Of a stretch of 64,000 nt of DNA, positions 1 to 13,502 are shown piece by piece. The position numbers and the translations under genes were made by a program. The number at the start of each line of letters is the position of its first letter. The stretch's first letter is position 1. This DNA is from Minutocellus sp. GHC0000111 (taxonomy: Eukaryota): NCBI GenBank assembly GCA_977018835.1, contig OZ361259.1, forward strand, positions 2,232,001 through 2,296,000, in the 5' to 3' direction. A model generated the notes under the pieces. The model was not told the DNA's origin and ran no database searches. It saw only the letters and a program-made list of their open reading frames with translations.

Positions 1-1214
1 AACGATCCGTCCGCCCGTCGCGATGGCAATGTGCTCAATCTCCACGCCACCGACCCACCGGACGGCCGGGAGGTTGTTCTGCAACAGCAGGTGATTGGCC
101 TCGTCGTCGAAGCCCCACTGACATATGACCAGGTTGGCACCGGAGTCCTTGACCTTCTGGACCATGTCCTGGAAGTACTTCTGCTCCTGCTCGTACAGCT
201 TCTCGTATGCCTCCCTCGACGATATGTCGAGCTTGTGCTTCGTCTTGGGCTTGGGCGGCTCGAAGGGGCAGGTGAGGATGCACATCTTGGCGTCCTTGAT
301 GGTCTTGGCCATCTGGGGGTGGCTAATGTCCTTGTCGATGACGATGCCATTGACCAACTCGGTGTCCTCGAGGGAGCCGCCGGGCTTGCCCTCCATCCGG
401 ATCATGTCGAAGTTGACGTCGTTCCGATCGAGGTCGGCCACGTCCAGGACGGCGTCGACGGCAATCTTGGCCATCTTGCGCTTGTCGACGTTGATGATTT
501 TGGAACTGAGGGTCGTCATGGCGGTCGTGACGAGGGGCTCGGTGTCGTCGCTGGAGAACTCGACGCGGTCGCTGATGTCGCCGAGGGTCTGGATGGCCAC
601 CTCGGCGGCCTTTTCGAATCCCTCGGCGATGCGGACCGGGTGGATGCCCCGTCCGAGGAGCTTCTCGGCCTGCTCGAGGAGGGCCCCGGCCAGCACCACG
701 ACGCCCGTCGTACCGTCCCCGACCTCGTCGTCCTGGGAGGACGACAGCTCGACCATGAGCTTGCCGACCTGGTTGGACACGTGCATCTGCCCGAGGATGG
801 TGGCGCCGTCGTTGGTGATGGTAACGTCCCCGTCGGGGCTGACCATGATCTTGTCCATCCCCTTGGGCCCCAGCGAGGTGCGGACGATGCCCGAGATGGT
901 CCGAGCCGCCAATATGTTGGCCTTGGTGGCCTCGATGCCCTTCACCCGGGCCTTGGCCTGCTGCTCCTTCAGGATGACGAAGGGCCGGCCGTATTCATCT
1001 GTTCAGATGGTGATTGGAATGAATGAATGTGGAAGCAATATATATGGTGAGACAATCGAATTTAATTCAATTGAACCACGGCGTGAGGGCATTGCATTGG
1101 ATGGCCAAAATTGTAGAGGTCGGAGCGTCGGCAGATACCCGGCCCAAGCTAGGATACCTCCGAACCCAACGAGGCCAGAACAACCAAGATACACTCACCA
1201 TATATCATCGACAT
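1..1214 (-). CDS. CCT5: T-complex protein 1 subunit epsilon (chaperonin CCT5), runs off window start
   Basis: Exon 1 (1214-1199) and exon 2 are joined across a GT-AG intron (1198-999), giving [18 protein letters not shown], followed by the [19 protein letters not shown] and GDGTTGVVV chaperonin motifs. Confidence 0.93.
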
Positions 1215-1545
1215 GATGAATGGCTATTGTTTTGTGGTGGGTATGCCGCTCGGGAGGCTATTCAACTGCTCTCGGCAACGCAAAGCGGACGAACCGGAGG
1301 GGAGTTGCTTGAAAAAATGAAACCGACTGCAGGACGGCGTCTGGCCGTCGATATCCCCCCAATTCTTGAAAAAGTGATGCCCCCGGAACCCCCGAAGACT
1401 CTGCCTGCCTTGCAGATAGATACAGAGCAAAGAGCTCGTGTTACATCGATCTAAAGAACTTAGTCTACTACCAGGAGGCTCTTTTACATTTTCTAGCTAG
1501 AGAGCAAAATTCTATTATTTGCTTCTTCGTTCCTGCCACTCCATT

Positions 1546-4500
1546 TTACATCGCATCCTTGGAAAAGCTGAACTTGACCAGAGGAAGATGGATGTCTTCC
1601 TCATCATCAGTGTGGCAATGAACGCCGAGATTGACATAATCGCGAGCCTCGGCGAGAGAGTCGAAATAGTCCTGCTTCTCACCGGCATCCTCCGGGCGGT
1701 AGATGGCACTGTAGGCATTCGAGACCGGACCCTCAAAGGTGGTCTGGAAGGACAGCTTCGTGGCGTCGAGGGCCTTCTTGACATTCTCCACCTGCGTCAC
1801 AAACATCTTGCGCTGACCGCTCGTTGGAGGGAGACGGCCGAGCATGGTGGCTGCCATACGAATCTGGGGCCACTGGGTGAAGACGCCGTCGGACACATGG
1901 GGCTTGCCGGCCTCATCAATGGATACGTCCCACTCCAGCTTCTTCTTGTCAATGGCGTTGTAGATGGCCTTATCATCGTGCGAACCAAACTGAAAGATGC
2001 GATCGACGCTAACGCCAAAGGACTTCTCAAGGTGCTCCACAAGCTGCTTGACACTCATTTCCTTATCGGCGTCGCAGGAAATCTCGATCTTGTCCCAGGA
2101 CGTGAAGGCTTCGGTATGAGGAGCCTTGAGACCAGTGGTGATGGGGACGGGAGGGTCCGGACTGAATGTCGTGAAGTTACCAGATCCGGCGGCGAGATTA
2201 ATATTGCAATTGAGGAACTTCTCCCGTCCTTGCGACTGGAGGCCAAGAACGAGTTTGCAATATTCAATGTCGACCAGACCACAAACCATGGCCGTCGTCG
2301 TTGCAAGAGCAGGAATGATCCGGCCGGCGGTAACCTTGACGGTGTGGCGAGCCGAGTTCTTTATGTCGTAATTCCAGGAACGGAGGTTGGTCGAGACGGT
2401 GAGGAAATCAATATGGTAGTTCAGGTCATCATCCTTCTCAAATTCCTGGGGGATGGCAGGCTGAAGAGTCGAGGAATCCACCTTGTATAGGTCGGCCTTG
2501 AGCTTCTCGGCCTCCTCTCCGCTGTCTCCACCGGCATCTTCCTCATCACCTTCGCTGAGGTCGACATTCTCCGACGATGGACTCCAGTCGGGCTGCTTGA
2601 GACCAACCCGCTCAATGATCTTCTCAAACTCGGAACGATCGCGAACGTTGTCAACGCCCCATACAGAAGCATACATGTTGGCTGTGCAGTACAGGTACTC
2701 CATGAGCTCTGGGATAGGCTCCGTCCAATCAACAGGACGGGGACGGCGCTTAGTTCCCGTCCAAAACTTCTTTCCGCTGGATTTTTCCATCTCGTCGGCC
2801 GAATGGCATAGATTCAAGATGGAAGTGCGGAAATCCTCCATCATGCGATTGAACGCGACTCGGACACAGGCATCGAAATCAATCTTGCCACCAGCCTCCT
2901 TCTGCAGATCAATGAAAAAGGTAATCATACGAAGACTCTTGATCTGTTCTCCGGCCTCCATCGAATCGAGCTGCTCGAAGTACGTCATGTTGTCCTTTCG
3001 GAAAGTTTCGTACTCATCGGGACCGAACTCAAAGTAATCCGAGAAATATGCCTGCTTGGCAAATTCAATACAGTGCTTGGGAAGGTAGGGGAAACTACGC
3101 AGAGTGCACATGGCAATCTGATTCTCATTCTCGTCGGACTCCTTACCGTCGTTGTAGGTTGATGTGCGGAAGGGGAGGATTACCTCACTGTTGCACTTGG
3201 TTCCGAGAGTACCAGACTCCAACAGAGGCTTGGAATAAAAGAGGCAGCGAGAATCAGTGTACTGCCGGGCCTGGACGTTGTCCAAAGCGTTCCAGCAAAG
3301 ATCCAGAGACTCCCAGAACTTGTCAGAAAAGAAGTCTTCGGAATCATCTCCGACTCTCTTCTCCAAGGCTTCAATGTTCATCTGCGGATTCCAGCCCTTG
3401 ACGATTCGGGCACCGCTAACACTGATTTGGGCGAGCCAACATCGTGCTGACGAAAAAGGAATTGGCGCGAGAGGTTGGATACCTCGATGCGATCCATATC
3501 AGTGCACCACACCTTGCCATCCTTACCGGTACCAACACCCATGAGCGCAAGGCCCTTGAGGTATTCACAACCAAGGGCACCACATCCAACGAGGAATACA
3601 CGCTGATTGGCAAGGCGAGCCTGGAAATCTTTGCCGAGAACGGCGATCTGGTGATCGTATCTCGATCCAAAGAGAGGTCCAACGTTGGAAGAGCATTCGT
3701 CGGCAACAAGCACCGGTTCGTCATGATGAATCCATTGATCGATGGGTGTGAACTTTCCGCTCTTCTTGATAACCTCCTGAGCTACAGCACCGCCGAGGTA
3801 AGCACAGAGGCCGGTGAGCTCAGTCTGGAATAGCCTAGCAAACCGACCAACATTGACCTCATCCAAATCACGGTCATCACCAGAAGGAAATCCCCAAGAC
3901 ACGGACTGAGCCCAGCAAGTACCGTCCTTTCCCTTTCGGGCCTCAGAGATACCCTTGGCCAACTCTACCACCTTATCAGCATCAGCCTTGTCATGGATTC
4001 CTGGCCACTTGCCCTCGGCCTCGTGAAAGTCAAGGACGGCAGCAACACTCAAATGAATATCAATGCCCTTGCCAGCCTCCCACTCCTCGCCTCGAAGCAT
4101 CTGAGGGACCGGAGTCGTCTCGAGCGTCTCTGCAAGGGAACGGTACTCCTTTACAATGGGAGGACGGATCTGATTCAGCAAACCACCGGCCTGATACGAG
4201 TTGAACACATCCACAGATACACCAGCACTGGAAAGGAATTCATCGTCAAGAACGAGGGCAAGGCGGTTGAACATGGTGATGGTTCTCAAGGGGAACTTCT
4301 TCTTTTTGGAAGCCTCGTCCGCAGATGCTTGCTCCTCATCGAATTTGGCCTTGTAAAAGTCATACTGACGCTGAAAGTTGGTCACGACCTCCGAAGTGGG
4401 CAGCTTAAGGGCCTCCTTGAACACAACGCCATTGGAATCAACCTTGGCATCGGTCTGAGGTGTGAATTTTTAGAGAGCAAAAAGCGAGAGAATGGCATTA

Positions 4501-5524
4501 GAATGGAATATCTTATTCTTCAACAACAAAAGAAATTTCCCAAACTAACCAAAACTCACCGGGCTGGAGATGGCCACACGCTTGACCTTGACAGCCTTGC
4601 CATTGAGACCAGACATGGAATCACGCATATCATCAAAAGCAACGACATCACCGTCATCGAGACCATGCTCGGCCTGAGCCACAGTCACAATCACCACCTT
4701 CTCTCCCTCCCTCAATCCATGGATGTCCAAAAGCTCCGGCTTGCTGTCGATGATCTCAACATTGGCCACAGCCAGGGTCTCAGTCGGTTCGCCAGTGGCA
4801 TCCGCAATCTCATGTCTGGGACCAAAGTCACTAAAGATCGAGGCCGTCACGCCGTGATTGGCGGCCAAGATGAAGGCGATGCCATTGGCCCTGGCCGTTT
4901 CATTGATGCGAAGCAGATCGGCCTTGGACATGAGGGCAAGGCTGGTTATCACAACGGCAGCGAAGGGACGGCCAGTCCCTAACACATCCCTTCCAAGAAG
5001 GAACTCATCGGTAATACCGCTGTCCGACGCATGAACATCCACCCGGCAGAAGGGATTGAGACTGCGAAACTCCGAGAGGGAGGCATCGGCCTTACCCACC
5101 CCGTCGGCCACGTGCGAGTCCGTCACATAAAAGTTGGTGCCACGATCAGCAGCACGGCACGGCAAGGGATCCCAGATCTGCACCCCACCGACGTTGGAAA
5201 GGATAAGATTCTTGGCCGTCTCGACGCCGACGCCGCCACAGCCAACGATCAGGACATTCAGATCCTTGAGTCGGGCGACTGTATCGCCGCCGAATGCCGC
5301 CTTCTGACGATCGATACGCTCAGCCTCATGATCGACATCGGCACCGACCTTCCAGCTGTTTTGGGGAGTGAGCGATAGAAGGAAATGGTGGATGTGATGG
5401 ATATGAATATATGCATAGGTTAGTGATGAAAGCATGCCAACAGTCCCCCCTCACAAGGCAAGCCGTCTTTTATGCCCTCCTCTCACCTGCCCATCCATTC
5501 TCCCCATGAAACTGCGCCGGTCAT
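1546..5524 (-). CDS. Ubiquitin-activating enzyme E1 (UBA1/UBA6-like), 3 exons, apparent frameshift at ~3419
   Basis: Two ThiF-like halves (LIVGCGGVGVETAKN; FLVGCGALGCEYLK..DMDRIEVSNLSRQFLFR), catalytic-Cys motif AMCTLRSFP, and FEKDDD..RIIPALATTTA. Introns at about 5486-5356 and 4559-4455. Confidence 0.88.
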
Positions 5525-5884
5525 CTTGAACTGCTTCAATGGACGTGGAGATGAATCTTCCGCTTGTGTGCGCTTCGGAACGCTCTCTTCCATTTACTTG
5601 GGACTTGGGGGGTTGAGCTCAAGTCTACTTGGGTGCAGCAATACCGAGAAGGTGCCTTCGCGATGGTTCGTATCGTCGGAGGATACGATTTTGTGCTGAT
5701 GATGTGGAGCGATCGTCGCGATAAGTACCATGGTACTCCTCTAATTTCAGAGTTGAGGCTACGGTGCCCATAAACTTCGATCGAGGGGTGTTGATCGCAA
5801 CTTCCGGGTTTCGGGGCTTCTTTTGCGTTGCCGTCGTCTCGGCAAAAGCAAACGAAAGCAAACACAACCCAAAACCGAACACCA

Positions 5885-7414
5885 ATGATGACATACCGTT
5901 ATGGATACCGGCCCGTTAGGGCTGGTTGCGCGCCTCCATCCATACTTTTCTTTGTCCTATTGAGCATATATGCCACACTGACCAGTGCACTGGAGAAGTC
6001 AGTGGAAGACCCTGCGGCCCGAGACCCTAATCTCGTCACAAAAGAGTTTGACATTGGATACGGTCCCGAGTCGTTTGACTTTTACGTTCCTCCCGATGTA
6101 TCGCAATGCTATGGCGAGGAGCCGGGATCCAGAGTTGCCATGAAGCCAAAGTTCAAGGGTATGAGTGGAAAGTTTGTGAACATGTCCCCGCATCCAGTGA
6201 AGTGGTATTGGGATCCCGCCAACGGCGATCCCGGAGTGTTGATGGCAAACTGCCCTCCCTTTGAAGCCGTTGGAACGGCAACATTTCCATTCCACCGTTT
6301 CTATTTCACAGATTTCAATGACCCAACGAAAATTTTGAAGCGATTTACCGTCATGGAAGGACAGAGTGTGATGTACTACGATCCATTCGTTGTGCAAGGA
6401 GATGAAAGGGCGACGCGACGCAATCTGGAATCGCTCACTTTGGATGAATATGAGAAATATGAGAAACGTGCCCGCACGATGCGCTTTAACGAGATATATC
6501 GGGAGACGACAGGTCGAGACTATCTGCCGCTTTATCCCAGGAACAAAATGACACACTTTCTATGGCCAGCTGATTATTACGGCCAGCAGCACTGGGCTAC
6601 GACGAAGGAAACACACTTTGTTGAAATTCCTCCTGTTGAAAAGGCGAAAAAGATTACATTGACTGGTGAAGAGCGTATCCTTGCAGAGGACCAACCTCGA
6701 ATGCTCCAGGAATATCGATCCAAGGACGATGTTCTCAATATGACTTTGACTGTGCTGAGCTGTGCTCCTCGAGTATTCGAAATAGAGAATTTTCTATCGG
6801 AAGCAGAAGTGGACCATATAATGAATCTTGCGAATGCGATCAATCTAAGCAAATCTACAACTACTGGTGGAGGTGACGGCAATACCGATGGGTCGGACTC
6901 GACAGGCACCCGCACAAGCTTCAACAGCTGGATCGATCGAGAGAAGTCACCAGTTGTTGATTCCATCTACCGAAGGGCTGCTGATTTGCTCCTGCTGGAT
7001 GAGTCCTTGCTACGCCGACGTGGTCAAACGGAGCTTCCTAATTTTCGCACAAAGAAGTCAATTTCAGAGTCGTTGCAATTGGTTCATTACGAGAATAATC
7101 AACAGTACACCGCACACCATGATTATGGATTCGGCAATATTGAAGACGAAGAGCAGGAAGAGCGTTATGCAACATTGCTATTGTATCTGAACGATGGGAT
7201 GACTGGAGGCGAGACCTGTTTTCCTCGTTGGGAAAATGCCGAGACTTCGGATGGTCTTTGTGCGACACCAAAGAAAGGAAAGGCAGTCCTCTTCTTCAGT
7301 CTCCTACCTGATGGCAATATGGATGATCTCAGTCAACATGCCGCCGAACCAGTTACAGAAGGAGAGAAGTGGCTCATCAATCTATGGTTGCATGATACGT
7401 GGTTTAAGCAGTAA
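5885..7414 (+). CDS. Prolyl 4-hydroxylase-like 2OG-Fe(II) oxygenase, probably secreted/ER
   Basis: N-terminal hydrophobic segment; PRVFEIENFLSEAE, LQLVHY..Y.AHHD, ATLLLYLND..GGETCFP, HAAEPV..GEKW. Confidence 0.85.
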   Translation: MMTYRYGYRPVRAGCAPPSILFFVLLSIYATLTSALEKSVEDPAARDPNLVTKEFDIGYGPESFDFYVPPDVSQCYGEEPGSRVAMKPKFKGMSGKFVNMSPHPVKWYWDPANGDPGVLMANCPPFEAVGTATFPFHRFYFTDFNDPTKILKRFTVMEGQSVMYYDPFVVQGDERATRRNLESLTLDEYEKYEKRARTMRFNEIYRETTGRDYLPLYPRNKMTHFLWPADYYGQQHWATTKETHFVEIPPVEKAKKITLTGEERILAEDQPRMLQEYRSKDDVLNMTLTVLSCAPRVFEIENFLSEAEVDHIMNLANAINLSKSTTTGGGDGNTDGSDSTGTRTSFNSWIDREKSPVVDSIYRRAADLLLLDESLLRRRGQTELPNFRTKKSISESLQLVHYENNQQYTAHHDYGFGNIEDEEQEERYATLLLYLNDGMTGGETCFPRWENAETSDGLCATPKKGKAVLFFSLLPDGNMDDLSQHAAEPVTEGEKWLINLWLHDTWFKQ

Positions 7415-7597
7415 AGTAGTCTAGTAATTCCAGGAGCACTTTGCCAATCAGATCTCTTCGCACGCCCAAATTTGACTTTGACAAGAAATTAGAATGCTAA
7501 CGAGTGTACGAACCAATTTGGCTGAATCGGCTGAATGGATGAGCTGAGAACGAGCATTTCATGAGAAAGATACTACAGAGAGTAACATTAGACCAAC

Positions 7598-8161
7598 ATG
7601 CCCAAAGAGACCACCACGAAGAGGCGCGGCACTTCTTCTCTATCGAAGAATCGTGGAGCCAAGAAGCAGCAAACGTCGAAGAACCGTGTTCCATTTCCTC
7701 GGCATAACAAGAAAGATGATGAGAGTGGTGACGGAACTCGTGTAAATCCTGCACTGACCAGGGATGATCTCAAAGTTTCTGCCTCTTCGAAACGGGGTGC
7801 AGGAAAGCAAACTTCGAAAGTACCCGGTGGCATCATTCACGAGAAGGCAAAATCGCGGCATGCCAGGGGGCGTGCTGCCTTACTTGAAAGTGGAGATCGA
7901 GATGATGCAAAACCCCTCGGAAAGACAGGAAAGCGCGCGGGATCGAGGCGCGGACCACATACCACGGCTGATATGCCCTCCGAAATAACTGGACGTGGCA
8001 CATTGATGCGTAGGCGAGCCCTCTCTCGAAGAGAAGAAGCAGAATCTGAGCAGGAGACAGTTGATAGTCTAATTAGAACGGGGACAAAGTTCGCGAATGA
8101 AGTGAAGAGGAAAGCCCGAGAAGGTGGATCAACTCGGACGACATCTCGAAGGATGCCATAA
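7598..8161 (+). CDS. Hypothetical K/R-rich basic protein (187 aa)
   Basis: ATG-initiated ORF filling the space between two genes; no recognisable domain. Confidence 0.45.
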   Translation: MPKETTTKRRGTSSLSKNRGAKKQQTSKNRVPFPRHNKKDDESGDGTRVNPALTRDDLKVSASSKRGAGKQTSKVPGGIIHEKAKSRHARGRAALLESGDRDDAKPLGKTGKRAGSRRGPHTTADMPSEITGRGTLMRRRALSRREEAESEQETVDSLIRTGTKFANEVKRKAREGGSTRTTSRRMP

Positions 8162-8546
8162 AATTGGGATGTTTCACAGTTTGGTTGTCTTATATTTATG
8201 CCTCTAGGATCCCACAGAGATTATATAAGTTTTATGTAGTGCATAGTATCTCGCAAGGGCAATTATCTGTTCCAGTCGCTATCCCAATTCAGCACCGAAA
8301 ACCTGGTATCACAAATACGATTGATTCATATTGCATTATGCTCTTTGGTAATTCAAAACCATCAAAGCCAATTCATGTTGATACTTTTGGGTACTGCCAA
8401 GAGCATGCCTCAGCCGCAATCTACGACGTCTTTCAATGATGGTATGCCGAGACGCCATTTGATAACTCGCGATATTCGTGGCTCTAACATGTAGCCAACT
8501 GCAATCCCCAACCCCATTCAGAACACAAACATTGCACAATACTGTG

Positions 8547-9047
8547 TCAAAGTTCATCACCAATATGCGACGGACCATCGCCACCATCTCGAGCTGACCA
8601 CAAATCATCCTTGGAAGCCATGCATATCGCCACCCCCAAAGTCACGAGGAGAGACCCAAATATGGCGACCACTGGTCTGTCTACTCGTTCCCCAAGAAGG
8701 AAGCTTGTGGCTGACGAGAACACGAGGGCAAGTGCATTGCACACAGGCACGGACAAGCTGAGGTCTGACGTCGCTAGCAACTTGTAATATAATATCGACC
8801 CACTCTGATTTAGCAGATACGGTAGCCACACACGCACCCTGCGGAATCGGAGGAGGGACTGAACCATCGAATGGTTCTTCTTGCTTTGGTTGGATTGGTC
8901 ATCGGTGGGCTTGTCACTCTTTCCATCCCTTGATTGACCGCCAATGTTTTCATCATTCGTCGCCCCCTTCCTCAAGAACGGATTAGTGCAACCCCATACG
9001 GCGCCAACGAGGACGGCAGAGAGCACATCGCCCCAGCCCACCGTCAT
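8547..9047 (-). CDS. TMEM234-like small DMT-family membrane protein
   Basis: VGAVWGCTNPFLRKG and PYLLNQSGSILYY..SDLSLSVPVCNAL motifs. Confidence 0.8.
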   Translation of the reverse strand: MTVGWGDVLSAVLVGAVWGCTNPFLRKGATNDENIGGQSRDGKSDKPTDDQSNQSKKNHSMVQSLLRFRRVRVWLPYLLNQSGSILYYKLLATSDLSLSVPVCNALALVFSSATSFLLGERVDRPVVAIFGSLLVTLGVAICMASKDDLWSARDGGDGPSHIGDEL

Positions 9048-9204
9048 GGTTGCTTTCTTTTGCTGTCTTGGTGTCTTGGCGGGTTGACCCACTCCCAGGC
9101 AGCACATCTTTCCATCCGCCGTTCAATGATCATGGATGGGGAACCCGGAGCCGTCGATCCGTCGAATTTCGCCGTGCTCATAAATTTTCGACCGTATTAC
9201 CACC

Positions 9205-9808
9205 ATGCTTCGATCAGCCTCTCAAGTCGCCGCCCGATCGCTAAGCCAGCTGCGCCCACCCACGGCATCTGCCCTGGGTGCCACTTGCGCCTATCATGAA
9301 AACATAGTCGAGCATTATGAGTCGCCACGCAATGTTGGTTCCTTGCCGAAGGACGACGAAGACGTCGGTACTGGTGAGTCAGGTGTCGGACCCGGTGAAG
9401 GGAGCGAAGGAGTCTGAAAGATGCGTCACTTCTACTGCTATCTCATCTCACTAATCCATTTCAATCCCCTCTTTTCGTGATAATTTAGGCCTTTTTGGTG
9501 CCCCGGCGTGCGGCGATGTTATGAAGCTTCAAATTCGAGTGAACGACGACGGAACGATCGAGGAAAGCAAATTCAAGACATTCGGCTGCGGGTCGGCCAT
9601 CGCTTCGAGCTCGGTGGCCACGGAATGGATTCAGGGAAAGAGCATCGATGAGGTGGTTAAGATCAAGAACACTGATATCGCCGCACATTTGAAGCTTCCT
9701 CCCGTCAAGCTTCACTGCTCCATGCTTGCCGAGGATGCCATCAAGGCGGCCGTGAATGATTGGAAGGCGAAGCAGGAGAAGAAGAAGCAGAAGAGCGAGG
9801 CTGCTTAG
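9205..9808 (+). CDS. ISCU: Mitochondrial Fe-S scaffold protein IscU/Isu1
   Basis: Presequence, then YHENIVEHYESPRNVGSL; intron 9374-9488; GAPACGDVM, KTFGCGSAIASSS, LPPVKLHCSMLAEDAI. Confidence 0.95.
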
Positions 9809-10390
9809 TGAGATGGTTTAGCTGCGTCATTTGAGAGATCGAGTGATGGCGGCCTTGATTTCGTTCCAGATATACCCTTTTATGATATGTGTGTGTATAA
9901 AACCGAGAAGGCTCGACGGGAATCACATGCCAACTGCCACAGAGAATTCCGTTTGGGTTGGCAACGACGGGCCCAGATGCTGCTTAGAACCAAACCTCGC
10001 ACCTTAGTGTCGTCTTTCTACATAGATATGAATAGTAGATTTTCTTTTTGAAAACATTTCTTTGACGCATTCATTTATGGGATGTTGCCATACAGAGAGG
10101 CGACACTCTCCTTTATTGAGAGGCCGCCCAACTCCGGAGTGACTGATACGCTGGGATTGTTTGATTCCATATCAACATACCCCGGCGTCCATTTGTAGGC
10201 GCCATAAATCCATTTCCTTCCGAATTCACTGGCATTGCACCCCCTGGCTTGCTTCCTTTACTTTCTTCATGCTCCAAACTTCCTCTCCTTTGCACCATTT
10301 TACCTTCTTTTCAATAATTTTTTTTCACATCTCTAATATACACATGCTCCTCCCGATGACATTCCGACACCCAATAATTCACAAAAATAT

Positions 10391-11195
10391 CTAAAGCTCC
10401 CACTCATCGGCCTCCTTGTACGTGACCATGCTCTCCACCTTGTGAACGCTGGTGGTGAAGCTACGGAGCTTCACCTCCTGACTGTTCATGATGTACCGGG
10501 GATCGGAATCCTCCCACTTCTGCGGCACGACGGCCGTCTTGTTGGTGTACACCAACAAATCGAAGCTGCAGGGCTCGTTCAGGAGGGGGAGGAAGGTAAC
10601 CGCCGCGGTGATCTGGCGGATGATGGCCTGAATCTCGTTGTGAATTTCCTTGACGGACTTGCCCATCTTTTGGGCCGTACCGCTGCTGGTGCTGGTACTG
10701 CTGCCCTCGTTGGATACCGGTCCGTTGTTCTCATCTCCAGCCTTCTTCCCGTCGGCACCGGTCTTGTCATCGACGCTGACGTTGAACTGCCACCTCTCGA
10801 GGGTTTCGCCGGAATCGACGCCGGTAACGACCACCACGAGGCGCTGGACGTCACCCTCCAACAACCACGTTTCCATCTGGCTCATGATCTGATGCAGGTA
10901 CTTGAGCAGGCCCTCATCGGTAGTTGTCAGGACGGTCAGACCATACTTGGACTCGCGCTTAAAGGTTTCCGGTTGGTAAATTCCTGTGTGGCAGACATTG
11001 GAAGTGATGCGATGAGGTGAGGTGAGGTGAGATTAATAATCGTTCGACCGATGGTTGGCCAAAAATACGAGTAAATCTGTGCTACTCACCTCGCTGGTAC
11101 AAAATCGAGTTGATGGCGCAGTAGAAGAATTCCGACACCACCGCCACGCTGCCCTTGAGGGTGATGACGTTCTCCGTCTTTGTTGCGGCCGACAT
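10391..11195 (-). CDS. MAD2: Spindle checkpoint HORMA protein MAD2
   Basis: ITLKGS..VSEFF..AINSILYQRG|IY across an intron (~11089-10985); ERWQF, IQAIIRQITAAVTFLPLL, VKLRSFTT. Confidence 0.93.
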
Positions 11196-11382
11196 GTTGC
11201 TACTTAGTTAGTGAGCAGCAGTCAGAGCCTTGCTTTGTCTCCTGCCTTCCTGCCTTGCTCTCGCTGGAAAATGCTTGAGGAAACGGTCACGGCTCTCGTA
11301 CGTACGTACGGCTGCGACACGAAAAGAAACCCGGAGACCTTGCCCATCTCACCATCCACCATCGTCGTCACTGCTCGCCAAG

Positions 11383-12942
11383 ATGCTCTCCCGAACGGTG
11401 CACGCTACCAGGGCCGCTGCCGCCTCGACCGGCAAGAGGGAGTTCTCGGCCCTCTTCACGGCCGTCGATGAGTTCCCGGGGTGAGTTTCCTGGGGTCGAA
11501 TCGGTCCAGAGTTGCCTCCGTATCCTCGGTCGGCACATCGGGTTATCTCTCGGCCGTTCAATTTCTTTTTGCCGCTTGGTCGGTTGGCCAGCCATCGGAG
11601 GGTTGGCCTGGAATGGCCCTATGGCTCATCGATATGCACATCTTGGAGCGCGTCTTGACGTGATATTTACATTGTATGTTTCCATTATGCTAACAATGTA
11701 TCTTTTCTCCCCAAACACACATCTTGTGCATCTTTTGCCTGCAATCGCAATTGCAGTGTTCCATCGTCGACCCCCACCGCCGCCAAGGCCAGCTCGCCTT
11801 CGGTATCGACCCTCCCCAACGGCCTCACGGTCGTCACCGAGGATGCCTCCTCCACCTCCACCGTCACCCTGACCTTCCCCAACGCCGGCTCCTCCAGCGA
11901 GTCCGTCGCCGAGCAGGGCGCCGCCCTCGCCAACAAGTGCCTGGCCTTCAAGTCCGGCTCCGGCCTCTCCAGCCTCCTCATCCTGCGCAACCTCGAGGAG
12001 GACGGCGCCTCCCCCTTCGCCACCGCCGACCGGTACGGTGCCACCGTCGGCTACACCGCCGCTCCCGACAAGGCCGCCCGCCTCGTCCCCCTCCTCGCCA
12101 CCACCTGCACCTTCGAGCCCTGGGACGTCAAGGACGCCAAGACCATCGCTGGGGAGGAGGCCAAGGCCGCCAACTCCAACGTCCTTTCCATCCTCACCGA
12201 GCAGCTGTACGGTGCCGCCTACGGCGCCCAAACCTCCATGGGACGGCCGTACTACTCCGACTCCGCCTCGGCGTCCGCCATCGAGTCCTTCCGCGAGAAG
12301 GCCTACGTCCTCAACGGTGCCGTCCTCAGCGCCACCGGCGTTGCCGACCACGGAGCCTTCGTCCGATCGGTGGAGGAGGGCCTTTCCGAGTCGGCCGTCG
12401 GCGAGGCCACCGCGGCCGCCTCCGCCGCCTACATGGGCGGAGAGGCCCGCATCTCTGCCCCCGTCGGCGAGGCCCACGTTGCCCTCGCCTTCGAGGGACC
12501 CAAGAGCTCCGCCCTTCTCAACGTTGTGAAGCAGTGCCTCACCCTGTCCGGTGCCTCGGCCTTTGCCGCTCCTGGCCTCGTCGGTGTCTACGCCGGCGCA
12601 CCCGTCGCAACTGCTTCCACCGTTGCCGATTCCCTCTCCGCGGCCGTGACCGCCATCCCCTCCAACGACGTCGTCGAGCGCGCCAAGGCCCTCGCCAAGG
12701 CCGAGGCCGTCTTCGCCCTCGACGCTGGAAGCCAATCCCTCGCCGGTGCCATGGCCAGCAGCGTATTGGAGACCGGAAGCTTCGGCGGTGCCGCCCAGCT
12801 CGCCGCCTCGTACGATGCCATCACCGCCAAGGACGTTGCTGCCGCCTACACCGCCATGCTCAAGTCCAAGCCCTCCATGGCTGCCGTTGGTGACATCGCG
12901 GGTGTTCCGTACCACGCCACTGTTGCCTCCCGGTTCTCGTAA
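11383..12942 (+). CDS. Peptidase M16-like cytochrome bc1 core protein 2 / MPP-alpha-like
   Basis: Mitochondrial presequence MLSRTVHATRAAAAS; intron 11481-11756; STLPNGLTVVTED..AGSSSE..GAALANKCLAFKS; C-terminal KPSMAAVGDIAGVPY. Confidence 0.8.
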
Positions 12943-13502
12943 TTTTTTTTACATTTTTGGGATGTACCGATATCTGTCGGGTGAATGGAAGAAATAGTTG
13001 AAAGTCAATGTTTGGTTGGTCGATTTGCTCTCGGTAAAGGCTGAACACTGACGGGGAATTGATTGGAGCAACAGTTTTGGATTGGAATGTGAAATGGAAT
13101 GTCAACACTTGGTTGGTTGCTCCCGAGGTTATGTTGTTGTTTGTTTTGCTTCCGAGGGATGCTCTTCACTTTGTAAGAAAAGGAGCGATTGGAAAGCAAA
13201 CATGAACGCACAACACCCTTGCTAACAAGAGGTTCACTGTGGGCCTTTTGTTAGCACTACCTATAAACGCTTAGGCACACCTTTAAATGTATGTGATCAC
13301 CCTTAATATTCGTAAAACGGTACCTTTCTGAAAGGTATGGCCAACGACGGGGACTCGAGTCGACGGACAGACGAACATGAGCGCGATCGCGAGGTCTGTC
13401 CGTCGCGTCAATGCCTGCTGGCCGCAAAACCCGCCCAGTCCACCTGGCTGCTTTCTGCACTGCCCACTCTTCTTGACCCGTGAAGACCGAGAAGAGCACC
13501 CT

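Noticed and set aside
31..1216. Long + strand ORFs (331 and 363 aa)
   Set aside because: They are antisense shadows of CCT5, caused by GC-rich codon usage.
11626..12915. 429-aa minus ORF and Arg-rich 389-aa plus ORF
   Set aside because: They are antisense and off-frame readings of the M16-like gene.
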